A DNA stretch of 64,000 bases. Source: a virus. A program made the position numbers and the translations under genes. Below the pieces are notes generated by a model, which was not told the DNA's origin, searched no databases, and saw only the letters and a list, made by a program, of their open reading frames with translations. This document shows, in pieces, positions 61,101 to 64,000 of the stretch; the first letter of the stretch is position 1; every line of letters begins with the position of its first letter. The stretch covers positions 45,283-109,282 of the IMG/VR virus record IMGVR_UViG_3300043436_002883, one strand, 5' to 3'.

Positions 61101-61440
61101 CAATGACGTATTAACAGAGTATGGACTAGATGCGCTTTCTGCTATATTGCATGAAACAGCAATAGAAAAAGGATTTTGGCCCCATGAGATAGATACAAAT
61201 ATTGTTTGTACAAAATTAGCTTTAGTGCATTCAGAAGTAACAGAGGTTCTAGAGGCTATTAGAAAAAATAAACCCACTGAAGAAATTGTAGAAGAAATTG
61301 CAGATATATTAATTAGAACTTTAGATTTATATGCGGCTTTAAGAAATCATGAATGGGTTACAGAAAGCTTAGATGAAATTTTAGAAACAAAGATTAATAT
61401 AAATAAAGAGCGACCAAGGCTTCACGGCAATTTATTTTAA
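61093..61440 (+). CDS. MazG-like nucleotide pyrophosphohydrolase
   Basis: LALVHSEVTEVLEA...EEIADILIR..D. Confidence 0.8.
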   Translation: MNSNDVLTEYGLDALSAILHETAIEKGFWPHEIDTNIVCTKLALVHSEVTEVLEAIRKNKPTEEIVEEIADILIRTLDLYAALRNHEWVTESLDEILETKININKERPRLHGNLF

Positions 61441-61469
61441 TGCTATACTATAAAAAAGAGAGAGTATAA

Positions 61470-62474
61470 ATGAGCATAGATATCGATAATATATTAGCAA
61501 AGCTAGATCCAAAAACACGAGCAAGAGTTCAGTCAGCACAGGATGTACAAGTTGAAAAACAACTTACCCCTAGCATTGGATTAAACTTTGCATTGCGTGG
61601 CGGTCTAGGATACGGCAGACAAGTTCTGGTATGGGGCAATAAGTCTGCTGGTAAATCCTCTTTCTGCCTACAAATGATTGCTCTTGCACAAAAAGAAGGC
61701 AAGACATGTGCCTGGATTGATGCAGAAGCTTCTTACGATCAGTCTTGGGCTGAACGGCTAGGAGTAGATTCTTCTTCCCTTATTTACTCTCCAGCAAAAA
61801 CCGTTAACGATATGGTTGATGTTGCTACTAAATTAATGGATGCAGGTGTAGATATGATTGTAGTAGATTCAATCTCAGCATTACTTCCTGCAATTTATTT
61901 TGAAAAAGATGGAAATGAAATGAAAGATTTGCAAGACACAAAGCAAATCGGCGCTGAAGCAAAGGATATGACCCACGCAGTCAAAATGTTAAACTATGCA
62001 AACAAAAACACATTACTTGTTCTCATCTCACAACAACGAAATCAGTTTGGATCTATGCATGCTAGTCACATCCCCACAGGTGGCATGGCAGTCAAGTTCT
62101 TTTCTTCCACGGTCATTAAGCTCTGGTCGTCTGAGGCTGAGGCTAATGCTATTAAAGCTGGGGTTAAAGTTGGCGACAAAATCATTGAGCAAAGAGTCGG
62201 CAGACCAGTTAACTGGATTATTGATTACAACAAACTCGGTCCCCCAAATCTATCGGGACAATACGACTTTTATTACCAAGGGGAAACTCTTGGTGTAGAT
62301 AGCGTAGGAGAAACTTTAGATGTTGCAGAAATGTGTGGCATTATAGAAAAGGGTGGCGCATGGTATACAGTAAATGGAGAGCGCTTTCAAGGACGTGCAA
62401 AGGCTGTAGCATATTTAAAGGAAAATCCAGATGTTGTAGACAGCTTAATCGGAGAGATAAATGCCAAGCATTGA
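61470..62474 (+). CDS. recA: RecA/UvsX recombinase
   Basis: GNKSAGKS, IDAE, IVVDS, TGGMAVKFFSS, KGGAWY...FQG. Confidence 0.92.
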   Translation: MSIDIDNILAKLDPKTRARVQSAQDVQVEKQLTPSIGLNFALRGGLGYGRQVLVWGNKSAGKSSFCLQMIALAQKEGKTCAWIDAEASYDQSWAERLGVDSSSLIYSPAKTVNDMVDVATKLMDAGVDMIVVDSISALLPAIYFEKDGNEMKDLQDTKQIGAEAKDMTHAVKMLNYANKNTLLVLISQQRNQFGSMHASHIPTGGMAVKFFSSTVIKLWSSEAEANAIKAGVKVGDKIIEQRVGRPVNWIIDYNKLGPPNLSGQYDFYYQGETLGVDSVGETLDVAEMCGIIEKGGAWYTVNGERFQGRAKAVAYLKENPDVVDSLIGEINAKH

Positions 62475-62649
62475 TGAATTTCTTAATAAGCCAGAAAAAA
62501 TATTTTCTCCAGAACTTGAAAGACTAGGTGGAGTTAAGCCTTGTAGCAAGTGCGACAAAGATTCGGAAGAATATTTTTGGGATGCAATTAATATGACAGT
62601 GTCTTGGGAGTGCCCAGACGGACATAAGAATTCATTTACGGTTCAGTAA
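62461..62649 (+). CDS. small zinc-binding protein
   Basis: CSKC...CPDGH. Confidence 0.65.
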   Translation: MPSIDEFLNKPEKIFSPELERLGGVKPCSKCDKDSEEYFWDAINMTVSWECPDGHKNSFTVQ

Positions 62650-62957
62650 TGTCAGAAAGATCAGAAGTAAAACGTGATGGTGCTAAGGCTCAAAAAAATA
62701 GTGGCCGTGGTGATTATCAAAAAGGTGATGCTAAGTGGAATCAGTTCCTTGTGGATTATAAAGAAGCAAAGGCATCATTTAATTTAAACAAAGATGTATG
62801 GGCTAAAATCTGTACAGATACTTTTAAGGTAAGTAGGGATATGCATCCTGCTCTTAAAATTATTATCGGTGAGGATTCCAAGGTTCGTCTTGGAATCATT
62901 GAGTGGTCAGTCTTAGAAGACTTGATCGCATTCTGGGAGGAAAATAATAATGGCTAA
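62649..62957 (+). CDS. Holliday junction resolvase-like PD-(D/E)xK nuclease (putative)
   Basis: SE, NSG....KGD, VDYK motifs. Confidence 0.55.
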   Translation: MSERSEVKRDGAKAQKNSGRGDYQKGDAKWNQFLVDYKEAKASFNLNKDVWAKICTDTFKVSRDMHPALKIIIGEDSKVRLGIIEWSVLEDLIAFWEENNNG

Positions 62958-63372
62958 TCCAACAATTACAATAGTTGGTCGTGTAGGGCAAGATCCAGTT
63001 AAGCTTAATGGAGGCGGAGTTAGACTACGTATTGTATCTAATGACCGTGTAAAGAATGATTCAACGGGTAACTGGGATGACAAAGATACATCTTGGTGGA
63101 CTGTCAAGGCATGGAAGAGTTTGGCAGAACAGAGTATTGCTACCCTTAAGAAGGGCCAGGAAGTAGTTATAGTAGGTAAGATTTATGAAGAGACGTGGAA
63201 AGATAAAGAAGGCAATAGCAGAACATCTTATGATGTAAATGCGGACACAATTGCAGTCACTACATGGTCTCTATCAAAGGGAGATTCAAATGGATCTAAA
63301 CAATTCCCTAAGTCAGACTCATGGTCAGCCCCTGCTAAATGGGACATTACAGAGTCAGAGGTTCCATTTTAA
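62950..63372 (+). CDS. ssb: single-stranded DNA-binding protein (bacterial SSB type)
   Basis: ITIVGRVGQDP, W.V.AW..LAE, L.KG..V.I.G motifs; C-terminal VPF tip. Confidence 0.88.
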   Translation: MANPTITIVGRVGQDPVKLNGGGVRLRIVSNDRVKNDSTGNWDDKDTSWWTVKAWKSLAEQSIATLKKGQEVVIVGKIYEETWKDKEGNSRTSYDVNADTIAVTTWSLSKGDSNGSKQFPKSDSWSAPAKWDITESEVPF

Positions 63373-63530
63373 TGAAAGAATTATTCTTCACAACCGTTAC
63401 TGGAATTGCAGTAGGCGGAGTATTCAGTATATTTAAGTTGCCAATTCCTGCCCCACCAGTATTCGCTGGACTAATGGGAATTGTAGGGCTATGGATTGGG
63501 TATGCTTTAATTCAAAAGGCATTCGCATGA
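63372..63530 (+). CDS. XapX/DUF1427-like small membrane protein
   Basis: G.AVG.VF...KLPIPAPP.FAGL.GIVG...GY. Confidence 0.7.
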   Translation: MKELFFTTVTGIAVGGVFSIFKLPIPAPPVFAGLMGIVGLWIGYALIQKAFA

Positions 63531-63625
63531 CAGCATTTCTTATGGGACTAATGGTTGGGTTTGTAATTGGATACCCTGTAGGGCTATTTCTAGACAAGTG
63601 GGATAAGAGGATAAAAAATGGCTGA
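63527..63625 (+). CDS. 32 aa single-pass membrane protein (absent from the ORF track)
   Basis: MTAFLMGLMVGFVIGYPVGLFLDKWDKRIKNG; overlaps both neighbours. Confidence 0.6.
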   Translation: MTAFLMGLMVGFVIGYPVGLFLDKWDKRIKNG

Positions 63626-63956
63626 AGATAAAAATACTCTTGAGTTAATTAGTGATATTACAGAATTTAACGATCTGCACGAGTTCATGAAAGATGAACA
63701 CTTAGACAGAGCTCTTTCAATTGTGGTAAAATTGTTAATGAATCCTGATGTCCCATCAGCAAAAGCACCACATTTAATTATGGAGCTTCAGGCAATGTCA
63801 ACAAAGTTTGCAGTGCTTGCATCTGTATATTCTACAATTGCTAAGGACAAAGCGGGAACAGTAAACAATAACAAAAAGAATATATATTATTCTGTAAAAG
63901 AGTCCATAGACAAATTGGTAGATGCGCTTAAATATGTTGTGAGGTACAACTCGTGA
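63618..63956 (+). CDS. hypothetical protein
   Basis: 112 aa; GAGG RBS. Confidence 0.7.
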   Translation: MAEDKNTLELISDITEFNDLHEFMKDEHLDRALSIVVKLLMNPDVPSAKAPHLIMELQAMSTKFAVLASVYSTIAKDKAGTVNNNKKNIYYSVKESIDKLVDALKYVVRYNS

Positions 63957-64000
63957 AAAACAAAATAATCATATCGTTATTTGTAGTAGTTTCTTTTGCA

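Noticed and set aside
57625-62474. Inteins or introns in dnaE or recA (also checked nrdJ and dnaB)
   Set aside because: Lengths are normal, motifs are contiguous, and no Hint blocks are seen.
1-64000. tRNA genes, integrase, terminase, anti-CRISPR or defence genes
   Set aside because: Intergenic gaps are short with no cloverleaf seen, and no recognisable motifs for these proteins were found; they may lie outside the window.

Overview
This window is 64 kb of an AT-rich tailed dsDNA phage genome with siphovirus-type morphogenesis genes. The gene content (DnaE, RecA, host-like SSB, class II RNR, many apparently leaderless genes) suggests an actinobacterial, possibly freshwater, host; this is an inference. 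Layout: a short leftward block with a secreted lytic transglycosylase; glycosyltransferase, NrdJ and a holin-like protein with an EF-hand loop; a first block of fibre/virion-appendage genes (4.5-23 kb); portal, protease/scaffold, capsid, neck, tail tube, tail chaperone with -1 frameshift, tape measure and tail tip (23.6-52 kb); then replication/recombination genes (52-64 kb). No terminase, tRNA, integrase or CRISPR array was seen. The most striking element is at 14074-21414. One protein combines two fibronectin-III-like domains, 21 tandem FFxPPx hexapeptides, a Hint (intein/hedgehog-like) domain starting almost immediately after the repeats, and an acidic tail. It is followed directly by six prolyl-4-hydroxylase-like 2OG-Fe(II) oxygenases and two DUF6065-like proteins. 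This looks like a candidate phage-encoded post-translational modification system: a Pro-rich substrate, a self-cleaving domain and a hydroxylase set.
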